From IMG/VR virus record IMGVR_UViG_2923350032_000001, positions 750-64,749 of that record: DNA of 64,000 bases; one strand, given 5' to 3'. Made by a program: the position numbers and the translations under genes. This DNA comes from a virus. Lineage: Duplodnaviria; Heunggongvirae; Uroviricota; Caudoviricetes. Positions 41,079 to 53,791 of the stretch are shown in pieces; the stretch's first letter is position 1, and each line of letters starts with the position of its first letter. The notes below the pieces were generated by a model. That model searched no databases. It was not told the origin of the DNA and saw nothing but the letters and a program-made list of their open reading frames with translations.

Positions 41079-41924
41079 TTAAAGTGTCGCCTTGTTTAAT
41101 TCATCAAGAACAGAATCAGGAACCAAAGCGGCAACTGCGCTGGCTGTGCTGGCCTTATTTGCTGATGCTTCCGCAAGCGCGGTACCGATAGCATGGTTAT
41201 AAGCAGTTATGGCTACGCTGGCGCTTTCCTTCGCTCGTTCATACTGCTGTTGCAATGCTGCTACCGGTACTGTTGTCTGGTCGAAAAAAGCACCAAATTG
41301 TTCAGTTGCTTCCTTCAGTGCTTCAACTTGTTGTTCTGTCAGTGCTGGTGGGGGAGTGACTGCGCCGCCACCTGAATCAGAGCCTGACGAGCTTCCTGAG
41401 CCTGTGTTAAGGGTCTGGTTAATGTCCCCCATAACAGCGACTAAACTCGACGTATTAAGCGCATTTACAGCGTCCTCAAGCGATTTCGTTGTAGTCGCGT
41501 CACCAATGGCAATAGAGATCGGCAGTTTTGAAACTTCTCGCTCATTAGCACGACAGTAAACATCCCAACCAATATCGAGTTGAAGGAGCATTGACAGATC
41601 AGCATAACCAGCCAACAGCTCCGCGTGCTGAGTTGCCAGCCCTCCAATATTCGTTAAACCGGTTGTAGTTGTTCTGATCGTTGAAACATAACTGGTAATA
41701 GTGTCGGGATAGACAATTGTATCCAGAATTAATCCGGTCAATTCTTCTGCAAGCAGTTTTGCTGTGTTAGCACTGTTTCGTGCCGATGTTATGGCACCAG
41801 GTGTTTTCATCCCACCGGCGGCGGCCAATTTTTTATATGCGGATAACTGGTAGTCTTTTTCCAGCATGATATCTCCTAACTTACCTGAACCAGGCCGTCT
41901 CCGGACGCTACGGTAGATCCGCAT
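41079..41924 (-). CDS. hypothetical protein with Gly/Ser-rich linker
   Basis: 281-aa ORF; start likely the internal Met near 41865. Confidence 0.4.
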   Translation of the reverse strand: MRIYRSVRRRPGSGKLGDIMLEKDYQLSAYKKLAAAGGMKTPGAITSARNSANTAKLLAEELTGLILDTIVYPDTITSYVSTIRTTTTGLTNIGGLATQHAELLAGYADLSMLLQLDIGWDVYCRANEREVSKLPISIAIGDATTTKSLEDAVNALNTSSLVAVMGDINQTLNTGSGSSSGSDSGGGAVTPPPALTEQQVEALKEATEQFGAFFDQTTVPVAALQQQYERAKESASVAITAYNHAIGTALAEASANKASTASAVAALVPDSVLDELNKATL

Positions 41925-42160
41925 GAAACAGGGTCACCAACGCATACGATCCCTTTACCATTGACGGTAAACCATGCCCTGGTTGATATAGCTTGCCCAC
42001 CGTGCGTACTGTTTCCATCGGTATGCTGTGCATATTGCTTACCATCAACTAACACTTCGACTCCGTTGACTTTAAGTAGTGGTTCACTCTCTACAGGAGG
42101 CCTGGATGGGAATCCTCCGTGCCCCGAACAAATGCTGTCTTTTGTTGCAATACTCGCCAC
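41876..42160 (-). CDS. PAAR-like domain protein
   Basis: 94-aa ORF with CSGHGG...HTDGNSTHGG...GDPVSCG pattern. Confidence 0.5.
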   Translation of the reverse strand: MASIATKDSICSGHGGFPSRPPVESEPLLKVNGVEVLVDGKQYAQHTDGNSTHGGQAISTRAWFTVNGKGIVCVGDPVSCGSTVASGDGLVQVS

Positions 42161-42241
42161 ATCACCACCAATTGTTTGCTCTAAGTTTTGTTATTTTAAC
42201 TTAGGTTTATTGTGGCTTTAGTGTCATTGTCTTTGAGATTA

Positions 42242-42258
42242 ATTGCTCTAATAAATAT
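42242..42258 (+). promoter_or_regulatory. C1 operator upstream of the hrdC-dmt operon
   Basis: ATTGCTCTAATAAATAT. Confidence 0.65.
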
Positions 42259-42330
42259 TGTTTTTTTATATCGTGTTTTCGGTACCATTCAGGCATCGCC
42301 CTTCAATGGGCATTAGTTAGGAGTCGTCAG

Positions 42331-42615
42331 ATGCAGATGGAGCTAATAAGCCGCAAGGAGTTCGATAGTCGGGTAACTAGCGGTGAACTCGACAACTTGC
42401 AGGCTATCAAGGTGAAAGAAGGCTTTTGCCTCATTGGGAATCAGAGCGGAACAAATCGCGTTTTTATGCTTCGCCGTACGGATCTGAAGCCATTTGTCTG
42501 GAAGAACGAAATTGGTCCCAGCTCATACGCTCAAACGAGGGGGTGCCATAACCTAGCCCTTTTCTACAAAGACGAGCTTTCTGTGGTTGATATTCAAGGG
42601 TTACAACATGTTTAA
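42331..42615 (+). CDS. hypothetical protein
   Basis: 94-aa ORF, first gene after the operator. Confidence 0.4.
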   Translation: MQMELISRKEFDSRVTSGELDNLQAIKVKEGFCLIGNQSGTNRVFMLRRTDLKPFVWKNEIGPSSYAQTRGCHNLALFYKDELSVVDIQGLQHV

Positions 42616-43513
42616 GCACTGGAAAAACATTACTATTTATAAACTTTCTCGTGAGGCGGATCTGACCGACTTAGAAGATAAAAAGAAAATGATCCTTTTC
42701 ACGCCATGCGGTAGTCAGGATATGGCCAAGTTCGGTTTTGTATCGCCATTTGGTGATAATTCCGAAGTTATCGCTATGCATGGAAATGGTTTTATCCTTG
42801 TTGAAGCAAAGCGCGAAACAAAAATTCTTCCCCCGCCGGTTATCCAGCGAGCTATTCAAGAAAAAATTGAAAAACTTGAGCAAGAACAAGCGCGTAAACT
42901 GAAGAAAACAGAGAAGGACTCCCTGAAAGACGAAGTTCTGCATTCTCTTCTGCCACGGGCTTTTTCAAAGTTTTCTGTTATCCAGGCGATCTACGACGGT
43001 TCAACTAAACGTATCTATATCAATGCCAGCGCGCGGCAGGCAGAGGATATGCTCGCGCTTATGCGTAAATCTCTGGGTTCTCTTCCTGTTGTTCCCCTAA
43101 GTGTTGAAAATCCCATTGAATTAACGCTGACCGACTGGGTACGTGATGGTAGTGCTCCACAGGGATTTCAAATGGGGGATGCGGCAGAACTTAAGGCAGT
43201 GCTTGAGGATGGCGGTATTGCCCGAGTGAAAAAGCAGGACTTGGGAAGTGATGAAATATCCACACACCTGGAAGCTGGCAAGCTCGTCACTAAGTTGGCA
43301 CTCGACTGGCAGAACCGCATTAAATTTACACTGGACCATAACTTCAGCCTTACCAGCGTCAAATTTGCGGATGAATTGCTTGAGCAGAACTCTGATATTG
43401 ATAGTGAAGATGTTGCGCAGCGACTGGACGCAGATTTCTTCCTATTGACCAGTGAAATTTCGTGCCTGGTTGATGCTCTGGTAAATGCCCTTGGTGGAGA
43501 GGCTAAGCAGTGA
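42608..43513 (+). CDS. hrdC: RdgC-like recombination-associated protein
   Basis: RdgC-like sequence ...[13 protein letters not shown]...[21 protein letters not shown]...ALDWQNRI...; start placed at Met 42608. Confidence 0.85.
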   Translation: MFKHWKNITIYKLSREADLTDLEDKKKMILFTPCGSQDMAKFGFVSPFGDNSEVIAMHGNGFILVEAKRETKILPPPVIQRAIQEKIEKLEQEQARKLKKTEKDSLKDEVLHSLLPRAFSKFSVIQAIYDGSTKRIYINASARQAEDMLALMRKSLGSLPVVPLSVENPIELTLTDWVRDGSAPQGFQMGDAAELKAVLEDGGIARVKKQDLGSDEISTHLEAGKLVTKLALDWQNRIKFTLDHNFSLTSVKFADELLEQNSDIDSEDVAQRLDADFFLLTSEISCLVDALVNALGGEAKQ

Positions 43514-46500
43514 AAGAGCTGTGCTATGGATCTGTTTGCAGTGGAATTGAAGCCGCGAGTATTGCCTGGGAACCGTTGGGTATGCGTCCGGTTTGGTTTG
43601 CTGAAATCGAGCCTTTTCCATCGGCCGTTCTTGCGCTCCGCTGGCCCCATGTCGCCAACCTTGGCGACATGACAAAACTTGCCAAAAAAGTCTTGGCTGG
43701 GGAAATCGAATCCCCTGACGTGCTCGTCGGGGGAACACCATGTTTTACCGCGGGGCATATGGTTCTTTGTAAAAATGGTTATAAACCAATAGAAGATATT
43801 TGCCCTGGCGATTACGTAGTCAGTCATCTCGGGCGGTTACAACAAGTAAAAAGAGTTGGTTCAAAAATAGCTAATACGGGGTTACTTAATGCCGTTGGGC
43901 AGCCTTTAGGTATAAGAACAACCAATGACCATCCCTTCCTGGCGGTTCGGTGGAAAGCCCAAAACACCCGGAAAAATGGCACATATTTTAAGAGAGAGTT
44001 GTTGTCTGAACCGGAATGGCGAGCAGCATGTGATATGCCGGGATATCAATGGTGCGCTCTAACTAATTTCAATATTGCATCTCCAGATATTTGTTCTCGG
44101 TTCTTGTCTGAAGAACAGGCTATGTATCTTGCGGGCGCTTATGTTGGCGATGGATATATTAGGAGATGGAGAGGTAAATCTAAGAAGGCGGTTGTTTTTG
44201 GCATAAATTGCCAGAAATTGAGAAAGTTTCATTGCCGCATACCAGAAAACATATTTTCCGTGGCAAGCGAAATCCGAGGGAGCATCAAAGTAACCTTGAA
44301 TGATACGTGTTATGCCAATTGGCTTAATGAACATTTTGGCGAGTTAAGCCATGCTAAGCGTATCCCTGCATGGGTGATGTCGCATCCATTGCGTCATGTG
44401 TTTTTACAAGGCTATCTTGATACTGATGGGACACCAAGTGGTAAAGCGGGATTTAGAATTAATAGTGTTAGTCCTGCGCTTGCTTGGGGCGTTGCGGGGT
44501 TGTCACAGACTTGTGGTTATGTTTCTTCGGTCAGCTTTATTGAAGTTGAGCCCAAAAAAGTGATCGAGGATCGCGTGGTAAATCAACGGAATTATTATCA
44601 GGTAACAATCTGCCCGCAGAAATTGTCACGTAAATCAAGATTGGCTCATGGAATGCTTTTACGAACAGTCAAAGAGTTTAAATCGGTAGGCCTAGATACT
44701 GTATACAACATAGAAGTCGAAGGTGATCATTCCTATATCCTCAATGGTGCGGTGGTCCATAACTGTCAGGCATTCAGTATCGCGGGCTTACGTGGTGGGC
44801 TTGATGATGAACGCGGCGCGCTAACTTTGAAGTATGTGGAGCTTGCAAATGCAATTGACGACAAACGGTCTGAGTCCTTCCTCAAACCGACAGTTATCGT
44901 CTGGGAAAATGTCCCAGGAGTCCTGTCATCGGCAGATAACGCCTTCGGATGTTTCCTTGCCGGATTGGCTGGAGAAGATGCGCCATTTGAACCAGGTGAT
45001 CGACCTGAATCAGGAAAAAGTAACGCGTTCTGGCGGTGGGATGGCAAAACCGGTTGCCATGCTCCAAAGTGGCCGCAGTGTGGTTGTATTTATGGACCGC
45101 AGCGAAAGGTGGCCTGGAGAATCCTTGATGCCCAATACTTCGGAGTGGCACAACGACGCCGACGCGTGTTTGTTGTCGCAAGTGCTCGAACAGACCTCGA
45201 TCCCGCAACGGTACTTTTTGAGTTCGAAGGCGAGCGCCGGGATATTGCGCCGAGCAGAGGCGAGGGGAAGGAAACTACCAGATATACTTCAAACATCGCT
45301 ATCAGATCTTGCGATGATACAAACATAATTGCCATGGCACATGGGCAAGGAGGGGCTGAGATAAAAACCGATAATTCGGCACCAACTTTGACATGTAACC
45401 ATGAAGCACCAATTGTATTGCTCGGCGACGATAGAATGCGCCGTCTTACCCCTGTCGAATGTGAAAGGCTGCAAGGTTTTCCTGATTGGCATACGTTGAT
45501 CCCTACGGGAAAGCGTAAAAAAGTTTCTTCAGATGAACTGGCATACCTTCGCAATAACTATCCTGATTTAAACGAAGAAGAGGCCGCGATGCTTGCAGCT
45601 GACGGACCGCGTTACAAAGCGATCGGAAATAGTATGGCAATACCAGTAATGCGCTGGATTGGCGATCGGATTACTAAGGCTGCATGTCGGCAAAAAGAAG
45701 GGAGTGAAACAAAAGAGCGAAAGGTTAAACCAGCGGCAGAATTCGAACGGCCCATATTCAAATGGGCTGGTGGAAAATTTGGTGTTCTGGAACAAATCTT
45801 TCGCTATTTGCCAGAAGGGAAGCGCCTGATTGAACCTTTCGTTGGTGGCGGAGCTGTCTTCATGAATGCCGGATATCAGGAAAATCTGCTAAATGATGTG
45901 AATGCTGACCTGATTAACTTTTACAAGACTCTGCAACGTGAGGCGCATTCACTTATCACTCTGGCACATCGTTTCTTCCTGTACTACAACACCCAGGAGG
46001 GATTCCTGGCAGTACGGAATGCGTTTAACAAACAAGTCTATGATGATTTACATCGCGCAGCGGCGTTTTTGTTCCTGAACCGACATTGTTTTAATGGATT
46101 GACGCGCTACAACCAGGCCGGTGAGTTCAATGTCGGGTATGGGAAGTATAAGTCTACGCATTTTCCATTACAGGAGATGGAAGCCTTCCTCGGTGCGGAA
46201 GGGCGGTCTGAGTTTGTATGCGGTGATTTTGCAGCGGTGATTGAAGCTGCCGGAGAAGGAGATGTCATCTTTTGCGATCCGCCGTATGAACCGCTCCCCA
46301 ATACAGAGGGGTTCACGAACTATTCCGGTCATGACTTTAAGTTTGAAGAGCAAAAACGCCTGGTGTCTCTGTTGACGGATGCTCATCGCCGAGGTGCAAA
46401 GGTTCTCATTACTAACAGTGGCGCGCCAAACATCAGAGAACTTTATCAGGACAGTGGCTTCAGAGTGGAACCTCTTTTTGCCAGACGTTCTGTGTCTTGT

Positions 46501-46551
46501 AAGGGAGACACTCGTGGTGTTGCTCATGACGTTATAGCAATATTGCTCTAA
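43510..46551 (+). CDS. dmt: bifunctional DNA methyltransferase Dmt (N-terminal C5-cytosine MTase interrupted by an intein; C-terminal Dam-like N6-adenine MTase)
   Basis: C5 motifs [28 protein letters not shown]; Dam-like FVGGGAVF and DPPY; GTG start overlapping hrdC stop. Confidence 0.85.
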   Translation: MKELCYGSVCSGIEAASIAWEPLGMRPVWFAEIEPFPSAVLALRWPHVANLGDMTKLAKKVLAGEIESPDVLVGGTPCFTAGHMVLCKNGYKPIEDICPGDYVVSHLGRLQQVKRVGSKIANTGLLNAVGQPLGIRTTNDHPFLAVRWKAQNTRKNGTYFKRELLSEPEWRAACDMPGYQWCALTNFNIASPDICSRFLSEEQAMYLAGAYVGDGYIRRWRGKSKKAVVFGINCQKLRKFHCRIPENIFSVASEIRGSIKVTLNDTCYANWLNEHFGELSHAKRIPAWVMSHPLRHVFLQGYLDTDGTPSGKAGFRINSVSPALAWGVAGLSQTCGYVSSVSFIEVEPKKVIEDRVVNQRNYYQVTICPQKLSRKSRLAHGMLLRTVKEFKSVGLDTVYNIEVEGDHSYILNGAVVHNCQAFSIAGLRGGLDDERGALTLKYVELANAIDDKRSESFLKPTVIVWENVPGVLSSADNAFGCFLAGLAGEDAPFEPGDRPESGKSNAFWRWDGKTGCHAPKWPQCGCIYGPQRKVAWRILDAQYFGVAQRRRRVFVVASARTDLDPATVLFEFEGERRDIAPSRGEGKETTRYTSNIAIRSCDDTNIIAMAHGQGGAEIKTDNSAPTLTCNHEAPIVLLGDDRMRRLTPVECERLQGFPDWHTLIPTGKRKKVSSDELAYLRNNYPDLNEEEAAMLAADGPRYKAIGNSMAIPVMRWIGDRITKAACRQKEGSETKERKVKPAAEFERPIFKWAGGKFGVLEQIFRYLPEGKRLIEPFVGGGAVFMNAGYQENLLNDVNADLINFYKTLQREAHSLITLAHRFFLYYNTQEGFLAVRNAFNKQVYDDLHRAAAFLFLNRHCFNGLTRYNQAGEFNVGYGKYKSTHFPLQEMEAFLGAEGRSEFVCGDFAAVIEAAGEGDVIFCDPPYEPLPNTEGFTNYSGHDFKFEEQKRLVSLLTDAHRRGAKVLITNSGAPNIRELYQDSGFRVEPLFARRSVSCKGDTRGVAHDVIAILL
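43741..44763 (+). other. intein with LAGLIDADG homing-endonuclease domain, in frame within dmt
   Basis: starts Cys (CFTAGHMVL), block [18 protein letters not shown] and LQGYLDTDG, ends [21 protein letters not shown] followed by Cys; excision restores [12 protein letters not shown]. Confidence 0.8.
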
Positions 46552-46558
46552 TTAATTT
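46542..46558 (+). promoter_or_regulatory. C1 operator-like site overlapping the dmt stop codon
   Basis: ATTGCTCTAATtAATTT; dmt ends ...gca ata ttg ctc taa. Confidence 0.5.
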
Positions 46559-46736
46559 ATTAGTGTAATATCGAATCAATGAATCGTGATTTTTAGAGCG
46601 ATTTAGCTGTTAGCCGCGACAGGCGCGGCGGTAAGCATGGCTGGGCCTAGTCCTCCCAGACAAACCACCGAGTTGCCAGGTTGACCATGCGCCTAAGTGG
46701 CAACTCCGAAGTGCGTAACGAGCTTCCATCCAGTTT

Positions 46737-46762
46737 GCCCATCTTCGGGTGGGCGTTTTTTT
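46737..46762 (+). terminator. rho-independent terminator (GCCCATC-ttcg-GGTGGGC + T7)
   Basis: 7-bp stem with tetraloop followed by GTTTTTTT. Confidence 0.65.
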
Positions 46763-46915
46763 CAGGGGTTTCGTCATGGTTAGCGACTTTGCGGCGGTTT
46801 AGCGAAAAACGCCGTAAACCCTCGCCTAATGCGGGCGGGTATATAAGGCGAAAAGCCAACAGGGCTTTAAAAAAATCATTACGGTGTTAGCATAAAAAGC
46901 CTGTATCAATGAGCA

Positions 46916-48091
46916 GTGACTATGTTAAGAGCAACAAAAGTACGTATATACCCCACTCCTGAACAGGCAGAGTACCTCAATGCCCAGTTCGGTGCAGTGC
47001 GCTTTGCGTACAACAAAGCTCTTCACATCAAAAAACATGCTTACCAGAGACACGGAGTAAATTTAAGTCCGCGTAACGATCTGAAACCGTTGTTGTCTGT
47101 GGCCAAAAAGTCCCGCAGGTATGCCTGGCTCAAAGAGTTTGATTCAATGGCATTGCAACAGGCGGTAATTAATCTTGATGTGGCATTTTCCAACTTTTTT
47201 AATCCGAAGCGGAAAGCGCGGTTCCCGACGTTTAAACGTAAACACGGAAAACAATCGAGCTATCACTGTGTCGGAGTTAAGGTGCTGGATAATGCCATCA
47301 AAATTCCTAAACTGTCCCCAATAGAAGCACGCCTTCATCGTGAACTTCATGGAAAGCTGAAAAGCATCACTATCACCCGTTCAGCAACGGGGAAATACTA
47401 TGCTTCAATTCTCTGTGATGATGGTCTGGAAGCTCCGGTAAAACCCACGTTGATATCAACAGTTACTGGCCTGGATATGGGGCTTGAGCACTACGCCATC
47501 AGGTCTGACGGAGCAAAAATTGCGAATCCCCGCCATCTCATCAATGCCAGCCGTAATCTGCGACGCAAACAAAAAGCGTTATCCCGCAAGCAAAAGGGAA
47601 GCGCGAATCGTAAAAAGGCCAGAATCCGTCTGGCAGCGTTACACGAACGGGTGGCTAATGCCCGTGCTGATTTTCAACACAAGCTCTCTCGTACAATTGT
47701 TGACGAAAACCAAGCGGTAATTGTCGAGACGCTGAAAACAGCCAACATGATGAAAAACCACAATCTGGCAAGAGTGATAGGTGATGCAGGCTGGCATAGC
47801 TTCATCACAAGGCTGGAGTACAAGGCGGCGGAAAAAGGCGCTCACCTGGTAAAACTCGACCAGTGGTTTGCCAGTTCGAAAACGTGTCATTGTTGTGGTT
47901 ACAAGATGTCGGAAATGCCACTTCATAAACGCATCTGGCGATGCTCTGAATGTGGTATTGAACATGACCGCGACATCAATGCGGCGCTCAACATCCGGCA
48001 AAAAGGAATACTGGAACTGAAGGCGGCGGGACTCGTCGTCTCCGCCCATGGAGGCCAGCGTAAATCCGTCGCACAGACGGTTGTGGCCTGA
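46916..48091 (+). CDS. tnpB: TnpB (OrfB) RuvC-like RNA-guided endonuclease family protein
   Basis: 391-aa ORF with OrfB_IS605 organisation, RuvC-like D/E/D positions and C-terminal zinc finger CHCCG...CSECG. Confidence 0.85.
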   Translation: MTMLRATKVRIYPTPEQAEYLNAQFGAVRFAYNKALHIKKHAYQRHGVNLSPRNDLKPLLSVAKKSRRYAWLKEFDSMALQQAVINLDVAFSNFFNPKRKARFPTFKRKHGKQSSYHCVGVKVLDNAIKIPKLSPIEARLHRELHGKLKSITITRSATGKYYASILCDDGLEAPVKPTLISTVTGLDMGLEHYAIRSDGAKIANPRHLINASRNLRRKQKALSRKQKGSANRKKARIRLAALHERVANARADFQHKLSRTIVDENQAVIVETLKTANMMKNHNLARVIGDAGWHSFITRLEYKAAEKGAHLVKLDQWFASSKTCHCCGYKMSEMPLHKRIWRCSECGIEHDRDINAALNIRQKGILELKAAGLVVSAHGGQRKSVAQTVVA

Positions 48092-48935
48092 GAAGTGGGA
48101 AGCCTCGCCCGACAGGGCGGGGAGCAGTCACAAACTGACCATTAAAGTAAATGCAAACGATGATCTGATGATGGTTGCGGCCTAAGAAGCCTGACACCAC
48201 GGGGTTGTCCCCGTCTGTGTATTAGGGAACGAGGAGGCATAACAGGCAGGGGCGCTGGTTTGATTAACCAGATGAACGAGAAGGGGCCATCTTCTGGTCA
48301 GCGTCCTTACCTGTTACGTCCTTTTTCATTCAGCGTAACAGCCGGTTCTTAACAGCCTTTGGGTAGAGTTCCTCGTATTTACGGGTATATTCCGTCATGC
48401 TGAAGGCGCTAATCACGCTGGAAGCTAGGGGGGATCCCCTGTTACCGAATTGCAGCCAGGGCGCGGGTGTAGTGGTTTATTGATTGTTACGGCGCATTCT
48501 GGGCTGTACTAAATTTCTGCGCCTAATACTACTACACTTGCCGTTTACTGATGTGTGGTATGTTGCATATGGGCAACACACTCAAGCCTGATGCAGCACG
48601 GTCAGGTAGGGGACGCCGACCTAATGTCTCGCCCTGCAAGGGCGGACGAAAGTAGATCACTATTCCGCGCAGCTATTTAGAAAGAACAGGTATTGAATTA
48701 CCTGGAGAACAACTTACTTACGTTTCCGCCACACCTTCGCTAGTTACTTTATGATGAATGATGGTAATATTCTGGTATTGTAACGAGTGCTCAGATATAC
48801 TTACATCTAAATAACAATGATATATGTTCAATTTAACCTTGAATATTTTGTAATGTTACACGACTTTAAAATTTAGAAGAAGAGGATTCGGTTGAATCCG
48901 ATATTAAATCTGAGACAGGAATATAAGGTTACACG

Positions 48936-49871
48936 ATGAAGCTTAAAAAACTACAATCTCTTGATTTTGTGAATGATTTTATGAGTCACCTAGAAACTGA
49001 TTTTGAAAAAGAATTATTCACAGCTTGTTTGCGAAATTATGCATCACATGGCAACCCATTACGTTTTCATAACTTTGCATTTTCAATTCGCGAGCTAATA
49101 AAGCATATTATCGAGAAAAAATCTCCGAATGATAAATTATTACAAGCATCGTGGTATAAGAGAGAACATGAACATTACGAAATATCTAGAAGACAGCGTT
49201 TAAAATACTGTTCTCAAGCTAAAATTTCAGATGCGTACTTGGGGGAAGAGTTCCTGGAGGAGTCGAATGAAAGAATAGATGAGATGCTTAAGCTTTATTT
49301 CTTCTTAAATAAATATACGCATATAACAGAGAAATATATGCATCCATCACCTCAAGAGTTCTTCCTGAAGGCCAAACAAATACTGCAGATCGCTACAGAA
49401 ATACTAAATGGTATACATATTTGTAGAGATGAATTAATTCGTACTCTCGAAGATAAAATTAGAAATGCAGTTATTGACACGGCGGTAAGCTCTATGCCTG
49501 AAAACCTAGTGACTATCGCGAATCATGCGTATGTAGATTACACTGAAGTCGAAGAATTTGGAATCACGTCGATTGATGATGAGTACATCAATATATATGC
49601 TTCCGGTACTGTCTATGTTACTCAAGAATATGGTTCTAGGAATGATGGGGTTAGCCTAGAAGAAAGTTATCCGTTCACGTTGCACATGGCTTCTCACTTA
49701 GACTCTCCTGAAACATTTGAAGTCATATCTGAAGCTTTAGAGGTAGACACTTCATCGTGGTACGATGATGGGGAGCAGGAGGATCAAATGATGGATATGG
49801 AAAGAAATGAAATTCATCGAATATCTGTTGCACCCCCAGACTTTGAGATGGATGACAATGTACCATTCTAA
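48936..49871 (+). CDS. hypothetical protein, AT-rich orphan gene with acidic C-terminus
   Basis: 311-aa ORF with strong codon periodicity in a low-GC island; no recognised motif. Confidence 0.55.
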   Translation: MKLKKLQSLDFVNDFMSHLETDFEKELFTACLRNYASHGNPLRFHNFAFSIRELIKHIIEKKSPNDKLLQASWYKREHEHYEISRRQRLKYCSQAKISDAYLGEEFLEESNERIDEMLKLYFFLNKYTHITEKYMHPSPQEFFLKAKQILQIATEILNGIHICRDELIRTLEDKIRNAVIDTAVSSMPENLVTIANHAYVDYTEVEEFGITSIDDEYINIYASGTVYVTQEYGSRNDGVSLEESYPFTLHMASHLDSPETFEVISEALEVDTSSWYDDGEQEDQMMDMERNEIHRISVAPPDFEMDDNVPF

Positions 49872-50014
49872 CATAAAGAAACATAGGCTAGTAGCGATGA
49901 AGTGCGGTAAAAATGGCTAAAACTAGATAAGTAATGGCAATCTGTGCCAATGAGTAAATAACACAACCTATTAGATCTGCATTTATTTTTCAAAGGGATC
50001 ATAATCGCACAGCC

Positions 50015-50041
50015 ACCGGTTCAAGCCCGGTAGGGGACACC
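50015..50041 (+). other. tRNA 3'-end-like fragment (T-arm ACCGG-TTCAAGC-CCGGT plus 7-nt acceptor-like strand)
   Basis: T-loop-like hairpin read in sequence; no matching 5' acceptor strand upstream. Confidence 0.25.
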
Positions 50042-50167
50042 TTATTTGGTAGTTGTACGGCGTATGGCACATGCGTCGATGAAATCAAAACAGACGATGT
50101 TCTGCGTATTTTTGTAGACCACGCGGCATTTGATGTTAGTGGGTTTGATCACTCCTTAAGTATCCTT

Positions 50168-50599
50168 ATGAACCTTCAGCGCCTGACCGTTCCGTATGAG
50201 GCCAGAACGTTGACTGATGACGGATTGGTTACCATTGATCCGGGGAATATTTCGGTAACTCCATACAGGCGGACGCCGGTGCCAGCAACCGAATTTGCAG
50301 CTGAATTGCGTAAGAGTGACGTTTTTATCGTTACGCATCCCGAAAGCCTTGGATTAACTGTTCTTGAGGCGGCAATGTGCGGGGCGTTGGTATTAACGCC
50401 TCCCGATTGCCTTCCGCCAGATCGCCTGGCTTTGGTGAACCATATGGTTATCAAGTCGCGGATTGATTGGGATGAGGTTATTGCTCGCGTTGATCGCGTG
50501 AAAAATGCTGAAAAGGTCCAGTGTCACACCTGGTCGGCAATTGCGGAAAAGATGCTTGAGACGTTTATCACGCAGAAACCGTCGTGCGGTAACGGATAA
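50168..50599 (+). pseudogene. glycosyltransferase (GT1-like) C-terminal fragment
   Basis: 143-aa ORF with ...PESLGLTVLEAAMCGALVLTP... but no N-terminal domain. Confidence 0.35.
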
Positions 50600-50644
50600 A
50601 AATTGAACCCATTATAAAAGAAAAGCCCGATCGCCGGGCTTTTC

Positions 50645-53791
<3,147 letters not shown>

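Larger units (their letters stand above)
46590..48140 (+). mobile_element. TnpB-only IS200/IS605-family element (no tnpA), approximate ends
   Basis: tnpB flanked by similar subterminal palindromes GCCGCG-acag-GCGCGGC (46613-46629) and CCTCGCCC-gaca-GGGCGGGG (48103-48122). Confidence 0.5.

Noticed and set aside
49965-50041. Complete tRNA gene
   Set aside because: Only a T-arm and 3' acceptor-like strand are present; no complementary 5' acceptor strand, D-arm or anticodon arm could be folded
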